Part shown: positions 8,426 through 18,249 of the stretch, in pieces
Numbering within the stretch: the stretch's first letter is position 1
How the letters are laid out: each line of letters starts with the position of its first letter
Source: Nitrosopumilaceae archaeon
Lineage (GTDB): Archaea > Thermoproteota > Nitrososphaeria > Nitrososphaerales > Nitrosopumilaceae
Assembly: GCA_035631875.1 (NCBI GenBank)
Contig: DASQHX010000009.1
Coordinates: 34,691 to 66,690 of the forward strand
Length of the DNA stretch: 32,000 nt
Reading direction: 5' to 3'
Program-made: the position numbers and the translations under genes
Notes under the pieces: generated by a model
Database searches by the model: none
Seen by the model: the letters and a program-made list of their open reading frames with translations, nothing else
Told to the model about the DNA's origin: nothing

Positions 8426-9391
8426 TTAGATTTGTAGTGAGTCCAACATTTTTGAGATGTCTGTGATTGGTTTACCGTTAGATGTAATTTCCTGAGCAGA
8501 TGGAGGATTCTCAAGATAGTTTGGAATCCTGTCCGCAATTCTTTGATCATATGGAGCAATAAGCTCATTTTGATAGAATATGCCTGTTGGTATTTTTTCA
8601 CACCATTCATTTGATTTGATTAATGCCTGCGTCAGCTTTTCATTTTCTTCTTCTTGTGAATCAATATGCACAATAGGATCATAGTTTGTGTCTTCAAGCT
8701 TGTATATTCTTGACTGTGGTTTTTTTGTCATCTCGTTGATATTATCCATTCCTGAAAACCAATCTCTTGTGTTGATGTCGTTGTATGTTGGACATGGTTG
8801 AAGGACATCCAAAAATGCCAATCCTCTATGTTTTACTGCAGCAATAATCAAATCTTTTAGTTGTCTTACATCATAAGCATATCCTCGTGCAACAAATGTA
8901 AAGCCGCTGGCAATTGCAAGTGCTATTGGATTTACAGCTTGGTTAACATTAGGTTCCGGAAGTGATTTTGTTTTCAACCCTAGCTTCAAAGTTGGAGAGG
9001 CTTGTCCTTTTGTCAAGCCATACACTCCATTATTGAAGATGATGTATGTCATGTCAACATTTCTTCTGCCAGCTGCAACAAAGTGTCCAGCTCCAATTCC
9101 CAATCCATCCCCATCTCCTCCTGCTGCAATAATTGTCATCTCAGGATTTGCAAGCTTGGCACCCTGTGCAAATGTCATGACTCGTCCATGCAAAGTATGT
9201 ATTCCATAGACATTTACAAAATGAGATGTTTTTCCTGAACAACCAACTCCTGAAAAAATAGCAGCCTTGTCTCTTGGAACTTCCATTTCTGCTAGTGCCA
9301 TTTGTATTGCATTTACAATCCCGAAGTCTCCACACCCAGGGCACCAGTCATTGTGGACCTCTGTCTTGTAATCTGATAAATTAGACACCAT
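8426..9391 (-). CDS. 2-oxoacid:ferredoxin oxidoreductase, beta (TPP-binding) subunit
   Basis: 321 aa with [19 protein letters not shown] and [11 protein letters not shown] motifs. It overlaps the alpha subunit gene by 11 nt. Confidence 0.9.
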   Translation of the reverse strand: MVSNLSDYKTEVHNDWCPGCGDFGIVNAIQMALAEMEVPRDKAAIFSGVGCSGKTSHFVNVYGIHTLHGRVMTFAQGAKLANPEMTIIAAGGDGDGLGIGAGHFVAAGRRNVDMTYIIFNNGVYGLTKGQASPTLKLGLKTKSLPEPNVNQAVNPIALAIASGFTFVARGYAYDVRQLKDLIIAAVKHRGLAFLDVLQPCPTYNDINTRDWFSGMDNINEMTKKPQSRIYKLEDTNYDPIVHIDSQEEENEKLTQALIKSNEWCEKIPTGIFYQNELIAPYDQRIADRIPNYLENPPSAQEITSNGKPITDISKMLDSLQI

Positions 9392-11309
9392 ATGTTAACA
9401 CCTGTCTTTTTTCTGCCTTGTCTTGTAATATTTTTTTTAATGAATCATAAATTTCAGTACAAGTCATTGATCTTCCAGTATATTTTACGATATAATAATC
9501 GACTTTTTGATCCAAGTGTTCGTTTAGTAAAGAGCCAAGCTGTGCAGTGTGGTTTGACTCTATGTCTATGATTGTTTTTGATCCTTTTATCAAAGATTTG
9601 ATGTAATCAGTTGGAAATGGCTGTAATAACTTGATCTGGATAAAGCCTATTGCAAGTCCTTCTTTTTTTAGCATATCAATTGCATCTAAAATTGGTCCTT
9701 TGGTGGAACCCCAACTTATTATACAGAATTCTGAAACACCATAGTTTGTAGCTTGGTCTTCCTTTGGTATCGTTTTTAGAGCAAACTCTAGCTTTGTAGC
9801 ACGCTTGTCCATCTTGAAAATTCTGTTTTCAGGATCTTCTGATATATGACCATATTCATCACTCTCATCACCAGTGTTCCAAAACATTCCCTTTTCCAGT
9901 CCAAGTCTTGAGCGTGGTGATAGTCCGTCAGGAGAGGAAGCAAATCTTTTGTAATCTTCTGATTCAATTTTTTCTAAAAGCTTGCCACGTTCAATTGTAA
10001 TCTTTTTTGGATCAAATCTTTTTACGGTTGCAACTGTACTTGCAATGAATTTGTCCATCAGATGTATAACCGGCATCTGAAAAGTTTCTGCAAAATTGAA
10101 ACATTTTGCAGTATCATAGAATCCTTCTTCCATATCCCCCGAGGCATAAACAATTCTTGGAAAATCTCCATGCCCTGCATGTATTGCAGATTGTAAATCA
10201 TCCTGACCATGTCTTGTTGGTAGACCTGTTGATGGTCCGCTTCTTTGGTATAGTGTCACTACAATTGGCACTTCGTTTATTCCAGCCCATCCAAGAGCTT
10301 CAGACATTAAGGAAAATCCTGGACCTGATGTACATGTTGCAGCGCGTGTTCCAGTAAGTGCTGCACCAATTGTCATCCCAATTGCAGAAATTTCATCTTC
10401 TGTTTGTACGATCATTGTGGAACCTGGTCTGTTGTTTTTTACATCAAAGGTCTCATTTGATTCCATAAATACACTTTCATCGGAAGCAGGAGTAATAGGA
10501 TAATATGATTGGAATCTGCAACCGCTTGCTATCTTGCCAAGACCTGTTGATTGAAAACCTTGAAGCATGATTGTATCTGGTTCCTTTTGGATTGATGAGA
10601 GTTGATACTTGTATTTTGGATATTTTGCGGTTGCAAAGTTATACGCATAGTTTGCTGCGTGCTTGTTCATCTCTGCAATCTGGGATTTTTTTGAAAAAAT
10701 AGACTCAACTGATTTGAGTAAAGTATCAGAAGGTAGACTCAAAATTCCAAGTGATACCGAAACAGCAAGAACATTAAGCATTCTAAACATGCCCCTAAGC
10801 TTTGGATTTTGCATTTCGTCTGCCAGATTGGATAAAATAGTCTTAAATGAGACAGGATAAAGCTGAACCCCGCGCTCTTTTGCTGCATCCAATGCTCCCA
10901 GTATAGTTAATGACTTGTTTTTTGATGTTAGATATTTTACTAGTCTTTTCTTGAAGTCGTGATCTAGTGTAGAGACTTCTTCTATTTTCATTGGTGCAAG
11001 ATCAGACTCGTAAACTATGGCACCATCATTGAAAACATCATCTGCGTGTCGAAATATTGTTTCAGCATCAAATGCTGCAAGCATTGTTACACCGTTTACA
11101 TTAGAACGAATTGTTTTATCTGAAACTCGAACTCCAAAATAACTATGCTCACCTTTGATATTAGAATAATATTCACGTTTTCCAAATATTTTCAAACCAG
11201 ATGCTGCACATGCACCTGCAAAAATGTTCGCTGCAGTTTCTACACCTCCTCCTTGAGGACCACCTATAACCCATGTTAGATCTATAGAGGACATATCAAA
11301 CCTAGACAT
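9381..11309 (-). CDS. 2-oxoacid:ferredoxin oxidoreductase, fused alpha/gamma subunit
   Basis: 642 aa, the size and layout of two-subunit archaeal OFOR alpha. Motifs include YPITPAS and TSGPGFSLM. Confidence 0.9.
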   Translation of the reverse strand: MSRFDMSSIDLTWVIGGPQGGGVETAANIFAGACAASGLKIFGKREYYSNIKGEHSYFGVRVSDKTIRSNVNGVTMLAAFDAETIFRHADDVFNDGAIVYESDLAPMKIEEVSTLDHDFKKRLVKYLTSKNKSLTILGALDAAKERGVQLYPVSFKTILSNLADEMQNPKLRGMFRMLNVLAVSVSLGILSLPSDTLLKSVESIFSKKSQIAEMNKHAANYAYNFATAKYPKYKYQLSSIQKEPDTIMLQGFQSTGLGKIASGCRFQSYYPITPASDESVFMESNETFDVKNNRPGSTMIVQTEDEISAIGMTIGAALTGTRAATCTSGPGFSLMSEALGWAGINEVPIVVTLYQRSGPSTGLPTRHGQDDLQSAIHAGHGDFPRIVYASGDMEEGFYDTAKCFNFAETFQMPVIHLMDKFIASTVATVKRFDPKKITIERGKLLEKIESEDYKRFASSPDGLSPRSRLGLEKGMFWNTGDESDEYGHISEDPENRIFKMDKRATKLEFALKTIPKEDQATNYGVSEFCIISWGSTKGPILDAIDMLKKEGLAIGFIQIKLLQPFPTDYIKSLIKGSKTIIDIESNHTAQLGSLLNEHLDQKVDYYIVKYTGRSMTCTEIYDSLKKILQDKAEKRQVLTYGV

Positions 11310-11334
11310 TAATCAAATATTAACAATGCTATGA

Positions 11335-11469
11335 TCATCCACCAGTAGCTGCATCGCCAAGTGCACACTCACACTTATCACGCTCTCCACAAAAAGGACA
11401 AACACAAATACATTTCTCTATTGGGTTTGCACACTGGACACAAATTGCAAACTCATCCTTGTGTTTCAA
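11335..11469 (-). CDS. candidate 44-aa Cys-rich micro-protein (CxxC-x6-CxCxCxxC-x5-CxC), TTG start
   Basis: Below the ORF-track size cut-off. The frame is open 11335..11520 and TTG at 11469 is the only canonical start. It reads (M)KHKDEFAICVQCANPIEKCICVCPFCGERDKCECALGDAATGG and ends 25 nt upstream of the OFOR alpha ATG. A TTTATAAT box is centred about 27 nt upstream of the TTG. Confidence 0.3.
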   Translation of the reverse strand: MKHKDEFAICVQCANPIEKCICVCPFCGERDKCECALGDAATGG

Positions 11470-11491
11470 ATTGGTATTACTACCACATTTT

Positions 11492-11499
11492 ATTATAAA
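11492..11499 (-). promoter_or_regulatory. TATA box (TTTATAAT on the minus strand) for the micro-ORF/OFOR transcription unit
   Basis: The motif is read directly. It is centred about 27 nt upstream of TTG 11469, which is the usual archaeal TATA-to-TSS spacing. Confidence 0.4.
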
Positions 11500-11593
11500 T
11501 GAGTTGTTATAGAAATGATCTTAAACCATTTTTGTATCATAATCAAACACCGCAAAGATTATCCCTAGAAACTTAGATTACAATCATAATACA

Positions 11594-13246
11594 ATGAAGT
11601 TAAAAGTACAATCAGTTAAAGAAAAACCTAAGAAAATGCGAATGGTTTCAAACAGGAAAAAACGTAATAAAATCAAAAGTATTGAGCCAAAATTGGACTA
11701 TAAACTCTTGTACGAAGGCTCACCAATATTACAACGAACTATCAATAGACAAGGGATCATAATTGCTTGTAACGATCTTTACGCAGAGCGTTTTGGTTAT
11801 TCAAAAAAACAAATCATAGGTAAATCTATTTTCAATCATATTGCAAAGAAAAGTCATGATGAAATGAAAAAAACCTTTAACACTTGGAAGAGAACCGGTC
11901 TAGTTCACAACAGAGAAATTTGGTTTAAGAGAAAAGACAAAACTGTTTTTTTGGGATTATTAAGTGCAACCAACATTTATGATTCTAAAAAACGCCTAAT
12001 CGGAAGCAATACTGCAATAAGAGACATCACAATGCTTCACAATGCAAGAAAAAAGATACAAGAAAATGAAAATAGAATAAGAAAACAATTTACAGAACTT
12101 AAGAAAACAAATAGTCTTTTACTATCAACAGAACAAAAATATAGAAACCTGTATGAAAAAACACCTGCACTGCTACGCTCAATAAATGTAGATGGGATTA
12201 TTACTGATTGTAATGATGCATATGCAAAAAATCTTGGATACTCAAAAAAAGAGATTCTTGGCATGTCAATATTTGATCATACTGCAGAAAAAAGTATTAA
12301 AGATATGAAGCAAGACATGTCACAATGGAGAAAAACTGATATGATTTCGCAAATGGAAATCTGGTTAAAAAGAAAAAATGGCATTATCTTTCCAACATTG
12401 CTTAGCGGAACAAGTCTTTATGACGAAAATGGTAAAACCATAGGAAGAACCGTATCGTTAACTGACCTCACCCAGATTTATCTTGCAAAAGAAAAGATTG
12501 AACAAAGAGAAGCGCAAATAAGAGAGCAGCTCAAAAATCTTAAAAAGCTCACTAAGGTAAAAGACGAATTTTTGACCATGATCACACATGAACTAAAAAC
12601 TCCTCTAGTTCCAATCAATTCCTATGTGGATATTTTATTATCAGGAGTTTTAGGACCACTAAATGAAGCACAAAAAAATAGATTGGAAATAATGAAATCA
12701 AGTTCAAAATCACTTTTGAAATTAATTTCTGATATTTTGGACGCACAAAAAATAGAGCTAGGACAATTAACATTGAAAAAAGAATCCTACGATATTGCAG
12801 GAATAATTAATGATGCTGTAAATAAAATGAAACCAATAGTTGAACGAAATGGAATTTCAATTACGACTGAGTTGCATAAAGGAATTTCTTGTCAATGTGA
12901 TAAGATAAGAATAGAGCAGGTCTTATCAAATCTAATTACAAACTCATTAGATTTCTGTTCAAAAGAAATTGGGAATATACATATCAAATTACATTCACAA
13001 GACAACAGTGTAAAGATAATTGTAAAAGACAACGGTATAGGAATAGTAAAAAGTAGTTTAGATAAAATATTTGTAAAATTCTATCAAGCTGACACTACAA
13101 CAATAAGAGAACATGGTGGCACAGGAATAGGTTTGTCAGTATGCAAGGGAATCATCGAGGGACATGGTGGAAAAATTTGGGCAGAATCAGAAGGAAGAGG
13201 TAAAGGTACAGAAATCCATATTTTATTGCCATTGACTAAAAGCTAG
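11594..13246 (+). CDS. soluble PAS-PAS sensor histidine kinase
   Basis: 550 aa with a basic N-terminus and no TM segment. Two PAS-like repeats are followed by H-box MITHELKTPL, N-box NLITNSLDF, DNGIGI and GGTGIGLSVC. Confidence 0.85.
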   Translation: MKLKVQSVKEKPKKMRMVSNRKKRNKIKSIEPKLDYKLLYEGSPILQRTINRQGIIIACNDLYAERFGYSKKQIIGKSIFNHIAKKSHDEMKKTFNTWKRTGLVHNREIWFKRKDKTVFLGLLSATNIYDSKKRLIGSNTAIRDITMLHNARKKIQENENRIRKQFTELKKTNSLLLSTEQKYRNLYEKTPALLRSINVDGIITDCNDAYAKNLGYSKKEILGMSIFDHTAEKSIKDMKQDMSQWRKTDMISQMEIWLKRKNGIIFPTLLSGTSLYDENGKTIGRTVSLTDLTQIYLAKEKIEQREAQIREQLKNLKKLTKVKDEFLTMITHELKTPLVPINSYVDILLSGVLGPLNEAQKNRLEIMKSSSKSLLKLISDILDAQKIELGQLTLKKESYDIAGIINDAVNKMKPIVERNGISITTELHKGISCQCDKIRIEQVLSNLITNSLDFCSKEIGNIHIKLHSQDNSVKIIVKDNGIGIVKSSLDKIFVKFYQADTTTIREHGGTGIGLSVCKGIIEGHGGKIWAESEGRGKGTEIHILLPLTKS

Positions 13247-14190
13247 CCTTTCATTCCGTTTGCAACCAGTACAGAATAGCATCCAAGACCGCATTCTTCA
13301 CAAATTGGTTTTATGGAATTTTTTTCTGCACTTCCAATACAGCATGGCATCTTTTCTCTTCCCATATGGTCTACGGATAAAATAGCCCATGTTGGACAGT
13401 CAACTGGCGTGGTTCCTTTTCCACCCCAGTTTCGTTTCATCAATTCTAATTGTTTTACTGGATTTATGACAAAATCAGGATATTTTGCTCTTATTGCAAT
13501 GATATCATCTACTACTTTAGTCCTTTCTGGTCCAAATGGAAGCCATAATGGATCACCTTTTGTAAATGGAGTATGGAACTGGAATCCTATTTTATTTACA
13601 ATGGGTTGCCACTCTTCTACAACGTCTTTTACTGTCTTGTAGTTTTGTGAGTTAATTGTCATAGAGATCCAAATGTCTTTCCATGCCTTTTCTCCATTTT
13701 TTTCTATGTAATCCATGATATTCTTCTTTGTCTTTTCATATGCATCTTTTCCACGGATACTATTATGGACTTGTTGTGTACCATCTATTGATATCCAATA
13801 AAAGTACAGATTCTTGATTTTTTCTAGTGGAAATGTACCGTTTGATACAACACATGCCCGCTTTGGAAATTCTTTAACAAATAATTTAATGACATCCATC
13901 CTCATTGTAGGTTCACCTCCTACTAGAGTAACAATGAAAATGTGTTTTTTCTTGAATTTTTCATCTATAATTTTTTTCCATTGATCAACTGTTAGCTCTT
14001 CATTTTCTTTTCTGTTTAACCACCAATAGCAATGTGTACAGTGTAGATTACATATGTTGATTATATCTGCAGAACCATAAATTGGGCTTTTTTTATTAAA
14101 GAATTTGTAGCCAAAATATTTTAAGCCGATGTGAAAGTATCCTGGAGATTCCTGCATTATCTGACGAAAACCTCTTCCCATTATCTCCAT
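13243..14190 (-). CDS. radical SAM protein with a C-terminal Cys cluster
   Basis: 315 aa with CNLHCTHCYW (CxxxCxxC) and GGEPT. The C-terminal Cys run is CPTW...PCCIGS...CEECGLGC. The substrate is unknown. Confidence 0.8.
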   Translation of the reverse strand: MEIMGRGFRQIMQESPGYFHIGLKYFGYKFFNKKSPIYGSADIINICNLHCTHCYWWLNRKENEELTVDQWKKIIDEKFKKKHIFIVTLVGGEPTMRMDVIKLFVKEFPKRACVVSNGTFPLEKIKNLYFYWISIDGTQQVHNSIRGKDAYEKTKKNIMDYIEKNGEKAWKDIWISMTINSQNYKTVKDVVEEWQPIVNKIGFQFHTPFTKGDPLWLPFGPERTKVVDDIIAIRAKYPDFVINPVKQLELMKRNWGGKGTTPVDCPTWAILSVDHMGREKMPCCIGSAEKNSIKPICEECGLGCYSVLVANGMKG

Positions 14191-14276
14191 GATATCATTT
14201 ACGGTACCGTGTGTTAAAACGATTATCTTTTAATGGATCAAAGGTTAAAATCAGTCTTTTTGTGAGGAAAATAGTT

Positions 14277-15239
14277 GTGAAAATTTTACTCACTAGACCA
14301 TTACATGATTTTGCTGTAAAGGAATTACAAAAACTATATGATGTTGAAATTCATACTGGAAAAATTCCAATGCCAAAAGATTTGTTGTTATCAAAGATAA
14401 AAGATAAGGACGGACTTGTTTGCTATCCATATGATAGAATAGATAGAAAAGTTATTGATGTTGCGTCACGACTTGCCGCAATTAGCACCTATAGTGTAGG
14501 GTATGATCATGTTGATGTGAAATATGCTAAAAAAAAAGGAATCGTTATAAGCTATACTCCTGAGGTGTTGACTCGGGCTACGGCTGATCTCACCATGGCA
14601 TTATTGCTTGCTGTTTTTAGAAAGATTGTAGAAGGTGATAGATTAATTCGCAATGATAAGTGGAAGGTAATCTTTGGACCAAACGAATTTTTGGGAACTG
14701 ATCTTTATAAGAAAACTCTGGGAATTTTTGGGATGGGAAGAATTGGAAAGGCGGTAGCAAAAAGGGCTAGAGGTTTTGAGATGAATGTTTTGTACCACAA
14801 CAGAACTAGGCTCTCTAGAAAAGAGGAGAGAAAATTAGGAGTACAATATTGTAAATTGGATAAATTGTTTAGAATAAGCGATGTTGTTAGTATTCATGCA
14901 CCTCATAATAGAGAAACAAATGAAATTGTAAATTTAAAATTACTTAAAAAAATGAAAAAGACCGCATTTTTGGTTAATACAGCATGTGGAAAAATAATTA
15001 ATGAAAAAGATTTGGTTTTTGCATTACAAAAAAAGATAATTGCTGGAGCTGGTCTTGATGTATTTTCAAAAGAACCTATTGGTTCCAATCATCCCCTTTC
15101 CAAAATGGAAAATGTAGTAATTATGCCTCACAGCGGTAGCTCTACTGTAGAAACACGAAGTAAAATGTCTGAAATTTGTGTCAAAAATCTTGTACTTTCA
15201 TTATCTGGAAAGAAGCCAATTTATCAAGTCAGGGCCTAA
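14277..15239 (+). CDS. D-isomer-specific 2-hydroxyacid dehydrogenase (glyoxylate/hydroxypyruvate reductase-like)
   Basis: Carries NAD-binding GIFGMGRIGKAVAKRA and the catalytic region MPHSGSST. The track start at GTG 14211 adds 22 non-homologous residues. GTG 14277 gives VKILLTRP, the usual family N-terminus. Confidence 0.85.
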   Translation: MKILLTRPLHDFAVKELQKLYDVEIHTGKIPMPKDLLLSKIKDKDGLVCYPYDRIDRKVIDVASRLAAISTYSVGYDHVDVKYAKKKGIVISYTPEVLTRATADLTMALLLAVFRKIVEGDRLIRNDKWKVIFGPNEFLGTDLYKKTLGIFGMGRIGKAVAKRARGFEMNVLYHNRTRLSRKEERKLGVQYCKLDKLFRISDVVSIHAPHNRETNEIVNLKLLKKMKKTAFLVNTACGKIINEKDLVFALQKKIIAGAGLDVFSKEPIGSNHPLSKMENVVIMPHSGSSTVETRSKMSEICVKNLVLSLSGKKPIYQVRA

Positions 15240-15245
15240 AACTCC

Positions 15246-15794
15246 TCATAAAACTATAGGCCTTTGATTAAATGAAATCAACACTTCATTGATTCCATCT
15301 ATTATACCTTGAATACCAGGAACTTGGGATTTGTTTTTGATCAATTCCGATTTTATTAAATTCAAATAATACAATTTCTTTTTTACCTCCTTTGATTTTT
15401 TTGTTTTTGACCATGGTATATTTTTTAGATCTTTAAGATTTGCAGATATGTCACAAAGCTTGATGAGCTTTGCCTCCCAAGATGCATCTTTTAGTTGTTT
15501 AACGTATTGTTGTTCTTGTTCTCTCTTAGACAAATACTTGTCTTTTGATAATGCCAAAACCAAGACTGCTACTTTGCTGCCAAACCTCTGTTCAATATCA
15601 TCAAAAGTTGTAGCAGTATTCTCTATACAATCATGTAACCAAGATGCACATAATAGATCCTCATCAGTAATTCCTATATTTTTGAGTCTGTTTACAACTC
15701 CTTCCAAGTGCTTCCAGTATGGAATCTTACCATCAATTGTCATGCCAGAATGTCTCTCTTTGGCAAATAGTTCTGCAGATTCTAATTTTGACAA
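15246..15794 (-). CDS. HD-domain phosphohydrolase of the RelA/SpoT (Mesh1/small alarmone hydrolase-like) type
   Basis: 182 aa. A..ERHSG...DG.IPYWKHLEGV...DEDLLCASWLHDCIENTATTFDDIEQRFGSKVAVLVLALSKD matches the SpoT hydrolase-domain pattern. There is no synthetase domain. Confidence 0.7.
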   Translation of the reverse strand: MSKLESAELFAKERHSGMTIDGKIPYWKHLEGVVNRLKNIGITDEDLLCASWLHDCIENTATTFDDIEQRFGSKVAVLVLALSKDKYLSKREQEQQYVKQLKDASWEAKLIKLCDISANLKDLKNIPWSKTKKSKEVKKKLYYLNLIKSELIKNKSQVPGIQGIIDGINEVLISFNQRPIVL

Positions 15795-15828
15795 TTGTTT
15801 TCTGGTAAAGGTAATTGGACTTATGTGC

Positions 15829-16089
15829 CTAAAGTTGAATCAGGTCATTTGGATCTATTCTGATACAGTCTGTGCCAACTGCCTTTAATCCAGTAAAAGA
15901 GATAATACCGTTTGGAACCTTACCCTCTTTTTTCAATAGTTCTAATTTATCCATAAATGATTTTTTGTGCCCATCACATGTTACTCCAACCATGTATTCA
16001 TCATCTTTTACCTTGATAGATATGATAAATTCAGGAGGCATTGGGCAATCTACACCCTTTTCTCTAATGGAACAGTGTTCTGGAAGCAT
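15829..16089 (-). CDS. small hypothetical protein
   Basis: 86-aa ORF with non-repetitive composition. I recognise no family. Confidence 0.45.
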   Translation of the reverse strand: MLPEHCSIREKGVDCPMPPEFIISIKVKDDEYMVGVTCDGHKKSFMDKLELLKKEGKVPNGIISFTGLKAVGTDCIRIDPNDLIQL

Positions 16090-16214
16090 TATCTTGTTTG
16101 AGTGTCACAAAATATTAAGTTTAGTTCCAATTTTCAGATGATCCAAAACCTCCTAGTGTTTGTAATTTTAGTTACACACAAAAAATAAAGATGTATTTTT
16201 AGAATTTCTTAGTA

Positions 16215-16616
16215 GTGGATTTTACAAAGATATCCTATGAAATTTTAGCAATAGACGATTCAATGCGATATGTAGAAATCATTGGGGAAAATGGAGAATT
16301 ACTTCTAAACAAAATGAAACAAGGAAAGCATAGTGTCAAGGCCCAAAGAAAAGAAGAATTATTATCTTTAGATCTGTACAATACAAAACAGATAGAGAAA
16401 AAATTCAACAAAACATTAGGCAAGGTTGCTTTTACTCATGTTTGTAGAACAAAGGTTCATCAACTGGTTTGGTATCACAATGATTTGATATTTTATTGCA
16501 CCTGTGAAGGTCACGTTGATAACAACAAAATTTTAGAAATTTCAAGTAAGATAGGAACTGTTTTAGGAATTGGTAAACCTATAGAGTTACATGATTTTTT
16601 CGAAATCCCAAATTGA
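16215..16616 (+). CDS. small conserved hypothetical protein, Roadblock/LC7-like pattern; paralogue of 562..933
   Basis: 133 aa with a GTG start. It shares IDDSMRYV, TLGK and other motifs with 562..933. Its 3' end overlaps the convergent 16587..17882 gene by 30 nt. Confidence 0.55.
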   Translation: MDFTKISYEILAIDDSMRYVEIIGENGELLLNKMKQGKHSVKAQRKEELLSLDLYNTKQIEKKFNKTLGKVAFTHVCRTKVHQLVWYHNDLIFYCTCEGHVDNNKILEISSKIGTVLGIGKPIELHDFFEIPN

Positions 16617-17882
16617 TTCTTTTGTATGTGTAGTGTAATCTAATAGTCCTTTTTCTTGTAATGATTTTACAACGTATGCAGAATAAGCTGGCGCCCCAGT
16701 TGCCCCAGGAGAGTTATAGTTTAAAATATGATATGAGTTTGGACTTTCAAGTTCCATAACATCTGGTAAAAATTTTCCTTCCGGTGTTATGATAGGGGTA
16801 CGAATTCCAGCTGTCCCTCGCTCTAAAAAATATTCAGGTTTTGCTTTGGGAATGAATTTTTGTACTCTCTCAATCATTACTACCTTTGAGACAGAACTTA
16901 ACCATTCTTTTGCAACCAGATTCATAAAATCAGCATTTAGGAGCAGATTTCGTGCATTTCCAGTTACCACATCAATTAATTTTGTGATAAATGTTTCCAC
17001 ATTCCCTACATATCCAGAATATGTTTCAGGACTTGGTACAGGTACTGCATTTGGTCCCACCTCACATCTTCCATCAGATCGTAAAATCCAATGTGGATCT
17101 AAAAATGGAAAGTCAGGATAATTTGGAACCGAATAAATATTTGTTTTCACAAGATCTGTGTATTCTTTTTGTGCAATCCAGTATTCTCCTCTAAAATGCA
17201 AATTAGAATATTGCACAGCTACACCAAATTTTTTTGCAATATCAAGCGAGTATCCTCCTGCACAGTTTATCACAAAATCACATGATAGTTGTGTTTTATT
17301 TTCAAAATTTATGATTGTTTCTTTTTTATTTGCAATTGATTTCACTTTGTGGTTTAGCAAAAATTTTGTTCCATTTATTTGTGATTCATTTTTTAATTCT
17401 TGCGTTAATTTACCATAATCAACAGCAACATCTGTTTTACAAAATACTGCAGAGTGACAAGATACATTAGATTCTTTCTTTGTAACATCATTTCTGTCAA
17501 GCAGTTCAAGATCTTTTTCTGAAATTCCATTTTGTACGCCCCACTTTAGATATTTTTCTAGAATTTTGTGTTGTGTACCATCTAATGCAATTTCTAGCGT
17601 TCCAATGGTTTTCCATGCTAATCCTTTTTTTTCTGCAAATTTCTTCCATAGATCATGAGATACAAAAGCCGCCTTGGCAAGCTTACCTTTTTTTTCAGGA
17701 TCTAGATAAAAAGGAGAGTGTACCACACCTGTGTTTCTGCTACTTGTATGCATTGCAACTTCTGGTTCTTTCTCAATTACTACTACTTCGATATCATATA
17801 GACTAGAAAGCCAGTATGAGATGCAGGTTCCAAGCAATCCACCTCCAATTATAGCTACATTACATTTTGCCAATGATACCAA
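16587..17882 (-). CDS. FAD-dependent oxidoreductase, L-2-hydroxyglutarate oxidase/dehydrogenase (LhgO)-like
   Basis: 431 aa with the N-terminal dinucleotide fold VAIIGGGLLGT and the SSRNTGVVHSPFY motif seen in LhgO-type enzymes. Confidence 0.78.
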   Translation of the reverse strand: MVSLAKCNVAIIGGGLLGTCISYWLSSLYDIEVVVIEKEPEVAMHTSSRNTGVVHSPFYLDPEKKGKLAKAAFVSHDLWKKFAEKKGLAWKTIGTLEIALDGTQHKILEKYLKWGVQNGISEKDLELLDRNDVTKKESNVSCHSAVFCKTDVAVDYGKLTQELKNESQINGTKFLLNHKVKSIANKKETIINFENKTQLSCDFVINCAGGYSLDIAKKFGVAVQYSNLHFRGEYWIAQKEYTDLVKTNIYSVPNYPDFPFLDPHWILRSDGRCEVGPNAVPVPSPETYSGYVGNVETFITKLIDVVTGNARNLLLNADFMNLVAKEWLSSVSKVVMIERVQKFIPKAKPEYFLERGTAGIRTPIITPEGKFLPDVMELESPNSYHILNYNSPGATGAPAYSAYVVKSLQEKGLLDYTTHTKESIWDFEKIM

Positions 17883-18249
17883 AATAATGGCGTTTCTTTT
17901 AATTGATTGTGTGAGGTATTATCTAGATAAGACTAATTCGAGTATGATATTACCGTAATTCAAGCTGTGTATCTTCTTAGTACTTAGTTGGATTGGATCA
18001 ACTTTGATTATCTGAATAGAATAATGAAATACTCTAGGCAAACAGGTTCACATGGTGTCAGGATATAGATTCCAGACAAGAGATCATCCTGCTTGCCTGA
18101 TCCATATTTTGTTTTAGTTGCTAAAAAGGAACGCGTATAATTTTTCACTAAAACATAATGATTTTATTTTCATCAACAAATCTTAATTGATTATATTTAC
18201 TGATAAAAGCTACGTCAGTTTTATTTATTAAAAAGCTCGTTATGATACA

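Noticed and set aside
18036-18098. Imperfect inverted repeat AGGCAAACAGG ... CCTGCTTGCCT (10 of 11 pairs) with an approximately 41-nt loop in the spacer upstream of the flavoprotein gene.
   Set aside because: It is a single hairpin with a large loop, no flanking conserved boxes and no T-tract in the right place. I cannot distinguish it from chance without covariation data.
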